Below are positions 9,354 to 20,625 of a DNA stretch of 64,000 nucleotides, piece by piece; the first letter of the stretch is position 1; every line of letters begins with the position of its first letter. This DNA is from Callorhinchus milii (taxonomy: Eukaryota). A program made the position numbers and the translations under genes. The stretch lies in NCBI RefSeq assembly GCF_018977255.1, contig NW_024704751.1, positions 9,920,001 through 9,984,000 of the forward strand, given 5' to 3'. The notes beneath the pieces were generated by a model. It did no database searches and had not been told where the DNA came from. It was given only the letters and a program-made list of their open reading frames with translations.

Positions 9354-10405
9354 GATTTTCTACTCCAGCTGGCCAGTCTGGATACGGTTTGAGTGTTCTG
9401 AATGTGAAGTGAGTGCGAGGTAGAATGATCAATTTCGAACAACGAGCTGCCTGAGGCAATAATGAAAGCAGCAGCAAGTGTGCAGAGTCATTAACCTCGA
9501 GGTGCTTGTCTTCCACTCTCAAGCTTCCACATCCCCCCGCGCTCCTGACTATACTTTGACTGGCAGATAGCCTTGCAACCTGCACTTAGAAGGCTCTGCA
9601 TGTTGTGTATAATTTTCCTAGTGAGGGCCTGAAAATCCGACAGAGTAGTAATAATTACAGTATTGCACAGCACATTGCCCACAGTGGACTGTAGGCAGAA
9701 TGGTTGTTGTTAACATTGACAGCACAAACCTTTCTCCTCCTCTCACCATAAATCGTTTTGTTGCTGAAACTATTTTTTGCTAATATCATAAACAGATGAA
9801 ATAGATAAATTACAATCAGCGATCCACTGAATGTTGAACGTTGAATATTTTAATTATGAGCTTCTTCCCTTTTAACTGATGACGTTGAAACAGCCACCGA
9901 CCTTTCACTTTCCTTAACATTTGTCAGAAGGAAATGTTTCATGCATTTGCTCAGCAAATCAATTACTACTTTGCTTTTAATAATGAAGGGTGCGGGCACT
10001 ATAAAAGGCAACATTAACAGCTCCAACAAGCTTGCACAAAGACAATCAATCCGTCTAATGCAGCCTGGACAGGAAAGAAGAGATTGCTCTCAAATCCCCA
10101 GGGATGGGAAGGAAAAATTACCAGGTGGCTCTTAAGTGAATGATGTGCGTACACTGAGTGCACGTCAAGCATGGTGTGTGAACACCAGGCAGGCAGTGGA
10201 GACATGTTGCACACCAGTAAAATGTATCTGAGTTGTGAGCAACCTTGGCTCCAGGGTCCTCCACAATGCTAAAGGGATCACTGCGTGTGCAATGAAATTA
10301 CAGAGACTTATAGGCTGGAGTCTAACTGTGGGGTTTGTATGATTTATATAGAGAACTTTAGTTTGGTTAGCCGGGTGTTTGGCACATGGCTCATCACCTT
10401 ACATT

Positions 10406-10763
10406 GTGGAGTCCGGTATCTTAGTGGTTACAGCACTCGCCTCGCAAGCGAGAGACCTGGGTTCAATTCCTGGGCAGTGCGAAATATTAGGCAAGTTCAC
10501 TTATCTAGCAGTGAGTAGGAACCGGGTTGTTAGTCAATTGGCGGATCGCTTTTCTGGGGGTAATAATCAGTCCAAGTTTTAAAAAAATTATAATTCAATC
10601 ACTCAATCCCTGACTGTTTGTGGGACGCTGCTGTGTGCAATTGACTGCCACGTTTCGCCCACAAAATATACAGTCAATTCACTTTACAGTATATCCTGTG
10701 AAGCGCTTTGAGATGTCTCAAAGATGTGATGAGGCGCTGTATCAAATACCAGGATTATTATTA
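10406..10763 (+). mobile_element. Full-length tRNA-derived SINE
   Basis: Head, body and (ATT)n tail match the family. Confidence 0.9.
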
Positions 10764-12106
10764 TGGTTACCTTGTAGAATCCACTGGATTTATATTTTTT
10801 ATATGCATAATTCTCAACCAATACCATCCAAGTCTCAGCATCCTCCTGCCACCCATCAGGAGATGAATGGGTACAGATCACTGACCAAGCAATACCCTTT
10901 CCAATTATATTACACCACCTCCTTTTAATTTAATTACAATCCATCTCCCACTCTCCAAAATATGTTCATCACCAATCATATTAATAAGCTCGTCTCAATT
11001 TCCATACATCACTGGCCTGCACCTGACAGTGTGTGTGTGGGGCTACATGACACAGTCACTGCATGTGTTTTATTATATTCAGTCCAACACAGGGCTATCA
11101 ATTCGGAGAACCCACAGGGCCTGGCTTAGTTACGCTGACATTATTCATCAAAGGTCTTTGCACTTCTGTGGAGATGAGATAAAAGCGTTCGCCACATTTT
11201 TAAATTTTATTTAATATAAAGAGGAGCAAAACTCCAGGGTATGTGAGTAATGGCTGCCTGGGGACATGGAGGCTGGATCCCAAGTCACAGGCCATAGCAT
11301 GCGTATGAGGACTTAGGAGTGTTTCGGTGTTGAAGTGACCATTGATCATTTGTAAGCTGAGACCAGAGGGAAGGGTGAGATCACAGCAAAGCTTTGCTAA
11401 TATCCGAGTCAGAGTTTATAATGTAAGGTAGCGGGAAGATCAAAGATCAAAGCTTATCCCGTCTTCACCACCCGAGGCCTGAAATCCCCCCTGGTTTCAA
11501 TCTGTAACACATTAATATTGAAGAGTGTGGCAAACTTGAACAAAATTCTTAAATTCAGATTTAATTTGGAAGCTGTTTTTCTCACTAGTAAAAAGAACCA
11601 TCTTCCAAATTTAGGTTCAATTTATGTCCACGAGCTGATGTTTGCCAAATGACGTTCAGTACACACAAGTATACAGATAACTATTTTGCCCGCAAAGTAT
11701 ACAGTTCAATCCATTCTCCAATATATTCTGTGAAGCGCTTTGAGCTATCTCAACGACATGATAATGAGCTATATCAAATGCAAGGATTATTATTATTATT
11801 ATTATTAAAGCAAGGAAGCAAAAATAAGAGGCAAATGAACTCCGTGGATGGGAGAGAACTTGTCAAAGGGGAGAAGCTGAAAGCGATCTAAAGGTGTTAG
11901 TTGACACACTGTTCACAATGTCAAAACAGTTTGTGGCAGCACTAAACAAGGCAAACAGGATGCTGGGTTACATTGTCAAATCAAGTCACATTGAGTTCAC
12001 ATTTCCCAAAGTCATACTGAAGTTGCACAGAGCTGCGTCGGGAGCCCTGCACATAGTTCTGGTCGCTGCAACATAGTGGGGCTGCCCAGACTCAAAACAA
12101 TACTTT

Positions 12107-12482
12107 GTGGAGTCCTGTAGTGTAGTGGTTAGAGCACTCGTCTCACAAGCGAGAGGACCTGGGTTCGATTCCCGGGCAGCGTGAAACCTCAGACAAGTTT
12201 CCTTACTCCACACGCCTCTGTTTACCGAGCAGCAAGTAGGAACCCGGTTGTTAGTCGATTGGTGGATCACTTTCCGGGGATAATAGACCCGTAAAAAAAA
12301 AATTGGTCCCTCAATCCCTGACTATTTGTGGGGACGCTGCTGTGCACCATTGGCTGCCGCGTTTCACCCACAAAATATACAGTCAATTCACTTTACAGTC
12401 TATTCTGTGAAGCACTTTGAGATGTCTCGAAAACGTGATAAGGCGCTATATCAAATGCAAGGATTATTACTATTACTATTAC

Positions 12483-12523
<41 letters not shown>
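12107..12523 (+). mobile_element. Full-length tRNA-derived SINE with a long (ATT)n tail
   Basis: Head with box B GGTTCGATTCC; (ATT/ACT)n tail at ~12462-12523, which produces the spurious poly-L and poly-N ORFs. Confidence 0.93.
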
Positions 12524-12524
<1 letters not shown>

Positions 12525-12877
12525 CCCAAGACAGAATAAGGTGGCACACGTTCAGGGTAGCAAAGAGCAGTTTCGGGACAGAATGATTAGAAATGCGCAG
12601 GTTGTTCGGTGATGAGTTCTGTACAGCATCGGACGCCCCAGCGTTCACAGTGGTTTGCTGATCGCTCTCATTTGTAAGCTGTGCACAGGGCATCAGAATA
12701 CCTGGTGTGCCCCAAACATATGCAGACTTCTGCAAGCAATGTGGTACCTGATAATTAGAAGGAGGCACTGTGGCAGCTTAGGTTACCATCTGTCCATTTT
12801 GTTTTGAGTGGAATAGCTGGAAATGTCTCTGAGCTGCAGATCTGAGGCCTGAAACCTTGTGGCCTTAAATAGCATCA

Positions 12878-13032
12878 CCGGATCTTTAACATCCACTAGA
12901 GCAGGTAAACAGGACCTCGGTTTAATGTCTCATTCGAAGCACAGAGCATGGCATTACACTGGAGTGTCACCTACACTGTGAGCTCAAGGTCTAGTCTTTG
13001 ACCAAGGGTGAGAGAGCTGCCAACTGAGCCAT
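12878..13032 (-). mobile_element. Deu-domain SINE, 5' part
   Basis: GGATCTTTAACATCCAC...GGACCTCGGTTTAATGTCTCATTCGAA...CACTGGAGTGTCA...CAACTGAGCCA. Confidence 0.7.
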
Positions 13033-13039
13033 AACCTAG

Positions 13040-13466
13040 GGTTAGAGTCAGAAGGTTGTGGGTTTAAACCCCATGCCGGGACTTAGAATCACACAGTCTA
13101 AGGCGATGCTCCAATGCAGTGCTGGGGGAGTGCTGCAATGTCGGAGGTGCTGCCCTTCAGATGAGACGTTAAACGGAGGACCTTTCTGCCTGTTCAGGTG
13201 GAGGTTAAATGTCCCGTGGCACTATTCTAAAAAACGAAGGGAGTTTCTCTCTCCTGGTGTCCTGGCCAATAAAGCCCCCAAATAAAATTGGCCACTCACA
13301 TCAATGGCTGTTTGTGGGACACTGCTACGAATAAACTGGCTGCCATGTTGTTCCACAAAACACACTATGAAAACTACTTTGCAGCACGCAGTATATCCTG
13401 TGAAGCACTCTGAGACATCTCAATGATCTGATAACGCACTATACCAAATGCAAGAATTATTATTAA
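13040..13466 (+). mobile_element. Deu-domain SINE (DeuSINE; SacSINE1/AmnSINE1-related), near full length
   Basis: GGGAGTGCTGCAATGTCGGAGGTGCTGCCCTTCAGATGAGACGTTAAACGGAGG...CCTGGTGTCCTGGCCAAT is the Deu central domain; its 3' half is shared with the tRNA-Ala SINE. Confidence 0.8.
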
Positions 13467-14489
13467 TTCCGGGATGAGAGAACGAGGAGCTATTGCAAGA
13501 AACACTAGTAAATATTTGCTGCCAGCAGCAACATATGGTCATGGAAACAAAACCAATAGGAATCTTACAACACTGCCAACATCAGTGATGAGTTTACAAT
13601 ATGCCCCACTGGTCAAATGATGGACTTTAATGGGAGACAACAGCGTGTATGTGCAGAATGGAATTGACTGTGTCGGCCAGAGTTGCCAGCTCAGCATAGC
13701 ACTGCAATTGCATACTCCTATCAAAGATGCTCTATCAAATGCAAGAATTATTATTATTTAACCCTGTTAACACACCTCACCGGAGAGAAAGTCCGTCTTT
13801 AAAGTGGATATCCTGTTTTTTCTCCATAATCTTAATCCGGGTGCACTTCATATTTGTTTCAGAGTGAGAAGAAGCTTTTATTTCACCCACAAAATATAGA
13901 GTCACTACGCTTTTCGGGATATCCTGTGAAGTGTTTTAAGACGTTTCGAAGAGGTGATAAGGCACTGTATCAAATGCATTGATTATTATATTATTAATAT
14001 TATTCTGTCATTGCTTCTTTCATTGCAGGTTACCAAAAGGCCAATGCATTTTACACAGGCTTCTTCACTTACACAAATCTATAGTGTAGGTCCCTACAAT
14101 GTTTAAACCTCTTTTCTTTTGTGCAGTACATGTTAGACCCTGCAAAGTAATTGCAGGAAGACTGCTGCTGTTCTGAAAGGGTTAATTGCCCTTGCGTGTT
14201 CAGAAAGGATTAATATTTCATCACGAACGCTCAAAACTAGCAACAGCTAGCGAGTTGTAATATAAAATTCCAGTTAAATAGTATTAAAAAAAATTGGTCT
14301 TTGGGAAGCCAGTTTAAAATGCCTCAGTGATCAGCAAACTGCTTTCAACAACATTTATGGAACCAGGAGAGTTTTGGGATCTGAACCAAGTGCTGTTTTC
14401 GTTTGGTACCTGGTTTGGTGCCCCTCAGCGTCTGACAGTTGACATACAATCGCTTCATGTAAACTCTGCCGGATCCATTCCTACCGCTG

Positions 14490-14760
14490 GGACCTGTGAA
14501 CACCATATCAACCTATCCTCTCCTTCCAGTCAGCCTGCTTCGCTCAGCCCCCACCTTCTGGAACTCCATCCCACAGTCTCTTTGCCTCATTCCCTCCCTC
14601 GCCTCCTTCAAGACCCGTCTCAAGACCCACCTCTTCGACCGCGATTGCGGTCACCCTCCTACCCTCCACCGATCCCAACCCCCAGCTCGGGTCCAAATCC
14701 CTGACTGTCCAGCGACTTGGGACGTCCTCCCGAGGTGAAAGGTGCAGTGTAAATGTCATG
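14490..14760 (+). mobile_element. L2 LINE 3' end
   Basis: ORF 14496..14738 contains FWNSIPQSLCLIPSLASFKTRLKTHLF, followed by the tail GGGACGTCCTCCCGAGGTGAAAGGTGC. Confidence 0.85.
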
Positions 14761-15182
14761 TGTCACAGAGATGACATCCAACACAGCCCGTACCTCCCCT
14801 CCCGTTGCCTGCAATGTGATTTGGAACCTACTTGAGTGCAACAGTCGATTTGCAACTTAAAGCAAGCTGTCAAGAGTATCTCTGATTATGGTGTCATTTT
14901 GGTTCCCACTCTTTATCGCTCGCAACCCCTTGACACAAGGATGCCTTGAGATGAGTGTGTTTAAATGGAGTAGCATTAAGGCAAGTGGAAGAGCACCGGT
15001 GTCTTATTGCTTTCTTTGTTGCACCAGAAGGAATCTGTCACAAGTGCTTTGAATGAGCTCTGCAGCGAGACAAGTGCTAAACTCACTCCCACTCAAAGCA
15101 GCAGAAACAGCTGTCAAGCCGTATGTCAGAGGGACTGCAGGTGGCTCCCCAGAACTCCAGCAGGGTCTCCTCTTTCAGTGTT

Positions 15183-15573
15183 ATAATAATAATAGTCCTT
15201 GCATTTGATATAGCACTTTATCATGTCTTTTATCACATCTTCTCCCCTTGCAAGCCAGAGGACCTGGGTTCGATTCACGGCAGGGCAAAACATTAGGAAA
15301 GTTTCCTTACTCTACACACACGCCTTTGATTACCGAGCAGTAAGTAGGAACCCAGTTGTTAGTTGATTGGCGGATTGCTTTTCCGGGTGTAATAATCCCT
15401 TCCAAAAAAAACATAATTTGGTCACGTCTGTGCGCAGTCGGCTGCCGCGTTTCGCCCACAAAATATACAGTCAATTCACTTTACAATGTATCCTGTGAAG
15501 CGCTTTGAGACGTCTCGAAGACGTGATAAGGCGCTGTATCAAATGCAAGGGTTATTATTATTAGTAGTAGTAG
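15183..15573 (+). mobile_element. tRNA-derived SINE (15245-15573) preceded by an inverted tail fragment (15183-15240)
   Basis: A minus-strand tail AATAATAGTCCTTGCATTTGATATAGC abuts a plus-strand copy that starts at the anticodon arm. Confidence 0.85.
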
Positions 15574-16129
15574 TTTAAACAGACATGCAGTAGTGTATGA
15601 TGAGAGTCACAAGACCAATGTGGCATTTTACTGTAACATTGTGTTCAACGCTATTCTAAGGCCAATAGAAATGACACCAACATGATTTCTCTCTCTCCCT
15701 CCCACCCCCCCCCCCCCCCACCCTCTGCCACTCTTTCCAACACAATTTTTCAGTGAAAGCAATAGCAGCTTTGGATCAGTGAGGTTGAAAATTGGACTGA
15801 TGGCTGCCTATCAGGCCATCGTGTTAAGGTAACAGGGAATTGGAATTGAACCTGATGTTCCATTACCTTTACTACACTGGCAAGTGAAGAAATGAGCTGT
15901 TAGTTCAATTATATATGAGTGACCTCAGTTAAAGGGGAACCCAAACCTATTTGAGAAATCATAGACCCAGATAGTTTGCTCACTAACACAATCCTCGGAG
16001 TGTGCTCAGCCATAATCCACTATGCTCCGCATTCACTTCAGAGGCACGTAGTCCACAGCAAATGTGTTCAGGAACAAGATCGGACTCCTGACTGTTCAAT
16101 TTGCCTTCTCACCATCGAGCAAAAAGAGG

Positions 16130-16420
16130 GCAAATGGCATCAGGGTTTTAAATGTTGGGGAACTGAATACAAAAGCAAAGGAAGTACTATTAAATTCATA
16201 CCAAACATTGGTTAGCCTACAGTTGCAGCATTGCATGTTAGAGAAAGGAGATCAGAGCTGTATAAAAGCTGCCACAAAGGTTCAATGCTGATACCAGTGA
16301 CGAGCTTCTCTGATTGTGAGCAGAGACTCCAATAATTGGGGTTGTTTTCAGTGAGGTTTATGAGGGAATCTAATAGAAGTCTTCAAAATTGTTATCAGTG
16401 TTGAGATTGTGTATAAATCA
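16130..16420 (+). mobile_element. Degenerate CR1 ORF2 3' fragment
   Basis: EYKSKEVLLNSYQTLV-like and GGGAATCTAATAGAAGTCTTCAAAATT (GNLIEVFKI) CR1 motifs. Confidence 0.65.
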
Positions 16421-18850
16421 GGAACCAGACAGCTTTGTTGATAAGTAGCTACTGATGATAAGATAACCACATCTGCGTGTCAGCTTAGTGCTGTGGTAGT
16501 GTTCTCGCCTCTGATCAGGAGGTTGTGGGTTCAAATGTTTAACTTTAGAGAGAGGTGGCAAAGCTCGATTGCACGGTAGCCACAGCAGGACCGGCTTCTA
16601 TTGCTTGATGCTGGGATAGGAGGATGGGTATTCCATAAGGACGAGATCAAATGGGCCAAAGGGCCTTCTTCATCTGAACCTCTCTTGTGATCTAGGAATT
16701 AAAAGCATTGAGGGAATATGGAAAAGAGCTTGAAAGGGTGATTTTAAAAGACAGGTAGTAGTGGCACATAAACGATGGGTCAAATGACTTCCTTTCTGTG
16801 CTGAAAATGTCCATGTTTGTGTGTTCAAAATACAAGTTAGACTTCTCATAGCCCGATGGAGAACTTGCTGATAGCAGCCCAGTTTACACTGCATACTGCC
16901 TGTTACTGACAAGAGCCGTGCTTGTGTAGGAAGCCCGCAGGCTGTGTCTTTGATGTGACGATGTCTAGCATGACATTTCGTTTAGGATTAATGCAGAATA
17001 CAGCATTCTGCTGGCGCCTGCACTGAACATGTCTGCAAAGGTGTCATTTCCCCTCTTTCTGCTGATGCCAATTCAAAACGGGAGCGAGTGCCGGTGTATA
17101 TTTTAGATATGGGGTGAAAGCCGGTCTCCCTGGAGACCAGTCATTGCCGTATTTGAGACTGTGTTGAGTAAACACACTGCAGCACCAGCTTCCTGTTGGG
17201 TAACTCCCTAATTCTCTAATTCTCTGTGAACATGGCGGAAATCCATTCAATCAGAGCCAGGAAATTTATCTTATTAAAATGGATCCAACCAACCAGCCAT
17301 ATTGACCCCGAAACGTGCTCTAAATAATCACCGTCTTCTGCTGCTGAACAAAAGCCTTAATGTAATGTGATTTCTACAGAACATTTGGCCTCCGCACTTG
17401 GCTTTCTCTCCTCTGTTCTCTGAGCTGTCATCCTGCACAGTGTCTGGCAACTAGCAGAAGCATATCTACTTTTTATAACTTACTTGAGCTCAGCCATGGT
17501 TTAGTAGATGTAGCAATGGGTCACAAAGTCCAGCAAAGTCCCAGGTCTGATCTCTGGTCAATGGAGAGCTTCTAACACCAGCATTCCACTTGGCAAATGG
17601 CCACAATAACATCAAGTCATGTAGGGGAATTGTGGGCTGAAAGTCATGCTTCTGCCTGTGCTCCATGTTCAAAGATGATGACGTCAAGTAACTACCAGGA
17701 TGATGGAAGGTGAACTAGATGGACCTTGGGTTTCTTTCACCAACAAATTCTTATGTTCTTAATGACACTAATCCTTGGATTTGATATAGGGTCTTATCAC
17801 GTGGTTTCCTGTGACCAAATGAAGCTGCTTTCTATGCATTCTCCAGCATGAAGGACAGCCACTTGGACAAGGTGCTAGAGAGTACAACACAATACAAAAG
17901 TACATTTGTATAGCACCTTGAGGCGCTGGCATTTTGGACGTTCCCCCAAGCACACGTCTGTATCTGCGGGAAAGGAGTCGGGAAAATCGTTGGGTTAAGA
18001 AAAGAGACATTTCTGACACTCGTATCCCACTGGTAAATATCCACAGCGTTTTTCAAGCAACACTGAATCCAAAATAAAATATACTTGTGTCTCTGTTTCT
18101 ACTCAGCTGTCTGGTCTGGTCACATTGATCTATTCATTCTCATTCATCTAAAATACATAATTAGGGCCACCGTTCCCAGGTGGTTTTTGAGGCGTTGTGC
18201 TGCCAAGGTGCACTATCCACAGAGCGGGGCCTGTGATTGCTCCCAATGCATGTGCATTAGGATCTTGAAAAGTTTAGAGAATTGGATGGATTATGGGTAG
18301 AGGCAGGAGCAGAACAGATGTGCTGGAGTCAGGGACTTGTAGTCCCTTAACGTGAAAGCATCTGAAAGTGACAGCCCTGACAAGCAAGGTTCAGCAAAAT
18401 GTACTGAGGCCACTGAATTAGATACACAGAGGGTTTTAGGCAGCACAGAATCCAATGCTCTTATCTCATTAACTCTATCCCTGTAGCTTACCCCGTGCTA
18501 TTGTAATGTTCAGACTATTAGAATAAGGCTTTTAAAATTAAATCTCATTGTCTTTCTGTTTGAGTGCGTAGATCTCCCTTCTCCTCGCTCATTTAGAAAA
18601 TAAACAGTCATTAAAAAGGTGTTAGATAAAGATACAGCTATTTGCTCCAGGTCTTTTTAGATTAAATTTCTCTGTCTTTGATTTATTTTTGATGCCTTTT
18701 GTTGTCTGTTTCTGCACAGGAATATCATTTTTGTCAATAATCCTCCCCAAAAAATGACAACAGTATTTACAGCATTGGCGATTTAGAAGTGTTACTTTTG
18801 TGCTGTGTTTCTGCACTTCTATCTCAATGGTTTCATTGTATGTCTGGGTA

Positions 18851-19150
18851 CAATAATAATAATCCTTGCATTTAATATAGCGCCTTATCTCATCAGTCAG
18901 ATGTCTCAAGACTGCTTCACACGATATACTGTAAAGTGGATCCACTGTGTATTTTGTGAGCAGCCAGTGGTGGATTGAAGGGATTATTACACCCAGAAAA
19001 TGATCCGACAATTGACTAACAACCGGGTTCCTACTTACTGCTACGTAAACCGAGACGTGTGGAGTAAGGAAACCCGCCTAAGGGGAATTGAACCCGGGTC
19101 CTCTCGCTTGAGAGGTGAGTGCTCTAATCAATACGCCACAGAACTCCACA
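18851..19150 (-). mobile_element. tRNA-derived SINE, internally deleted
   Basis: Tail at 18851; head ...GAACCCGGGTCCTCTCGCTTGAGAGGTGAGTGCTCTAA...GAACTCCAC. Confidence 0.85.
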
Positions 19151-19884
19151 TATTATATATCTATCTATATGAGAAAATAAATGCAAACAATAAATTCATG
19201 GCTGTTTTTGAGTGAGTCAAATAATGCTGAGTCTCGTTTCCTTCTATGTACATTTGGACGATGTGTCGATGAAGAGCTGATTGATTAGCACTGGTCTGTT
19301 CTTCACGGTTACTGAGAACAACCCTGCGTGAGATCAGGCTATTAAGGCAAACAGACGTGCAGTATTATGATCATTAATAGCATGGGGCAGCTACCTGTTT
19401 GCTAGCTAGCCTTAGGCTCTGAGGTTGTATTAGGGTGTGAGGCTGGTTGCCTCCACAGGCTTCCTCTACGTGGATAATGATCCCAACGCTGTGTATGTCT
19501 GGCATTTGAAGGAACTGCTTTCACTTGGTGCAGATCGATTCTCTCCCAGACTTTGAGCATCTTTATCAATTGGTCGGGAAATATTTTGTGTTTGGTGACT
19601 TTATCAATCAGAGCGCACTGCAGGAAGGAGAAGCAAAGCCCACGTTTGCTGCTGAAACACAAGTTCGGATATTGGATTCTGTCCTTACCCAGTAGTGCTT
19701 GGCTCAGGATGCTTATCAGAGGATTGTGGTTGTCAATAGAGTATTGAAGTTGACTATTTTATATAAAAAAATAAGGTCTGGTCCCTATTAAAGACCCAGT
19801 TGTTGTGATCACATGGGAATACCTGTTCAGTCAGCAAATGGAAGGACCAATGTAGTGCTATAAATTAGGATACCCTCCTTAGCC

Positions 19885-20090
19885 TCCACAGGTTGGCAAG
19901 AGCCAAGACTTTGGGTCCCCAGAATGTGAACAAGATACTCCTGTTGGAGTTTAAATTGCATAGCTTGCCAACGAGAGCACTGTCCTGCAAGCTTCCAGCT
20001 GCTTGTCCAGCTAGGACCACCCTAACCCTAACCATTCGGCCTTTTTATAGGGTTAACAGGAGCTGATTGGAAATGTCTCTGTCCTTCCTC
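19885..20090. repeat. Unclassified old interspersed repeat, copy 1
   Basis: GGTTGGCAAGAGCCAAGACTTTGGGTCCCCAGA...GCATAGCTT...GCTGCTTGTCCAGCTAGGACCACCCTA aligns by eye with 62660-62870 and, inverted, with 55045-55190 and 60450-60565. Confidence 0.65.
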
Positions 20091-20509
20091 TGAGACCTGC
20101 TAATGAGTCAGGCTGGCTGGTTTGTTATCAGCAGTGCCCTGCAGTACTGTGGACCCACTTGGCTCAGGAACCTGGTTTCCGAGATCGCCAGAGGGATGTC
20201 TCGAATGTGACCTCTGCATCCCTCTAACAAATTAATGCATTGTGATCTGTTGTCACAGACTCATTAGTCTTGCCTTCGATATAGAAAGTGCAGCCTATCA
20301 GATAATGACGATAGAAACAGCATTAAAAATTCATTGGAATGAAATTGAGTTTATATCTCTTGGCTCGTGTGCCAACCTGCTCCTTGTTTAAATGCATTAA
20401 ATAATAGAGCATGTCTTGCTTGTCCAAGTGATATGGCGTGCCTAACAATTGGGAATTAACTGAGGGTGCAACCATGTTATGTTATGTTATGTAATGGCTG
20501 CTTGTCTCT

Positions 20510-20625
20510 AATACTAGGGAAATGACAATGGGGCAGGTAATTGGAGTAGACGTATAGATCAGCAATGATCTTATAGAATGGTGTAATAGGCTCGAGGGGC
20601 TGAATGGCCTCCTCCTGTTCCTGCG
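20510..20625 (+). mobile_element. CR1 LINE 3' tail
   Basis: AGATCAGCAATGATCTTATAGAATGG...GGCTCGAGGGGCTGAATGGCCTCCTCCTGTTCCT. Confidence 0.75.

Noticed and set aside
12326-12768. Poly-Leu and poly-Asn ORFs
   Set aside because: Translations of the (ATT)n SINE tail.
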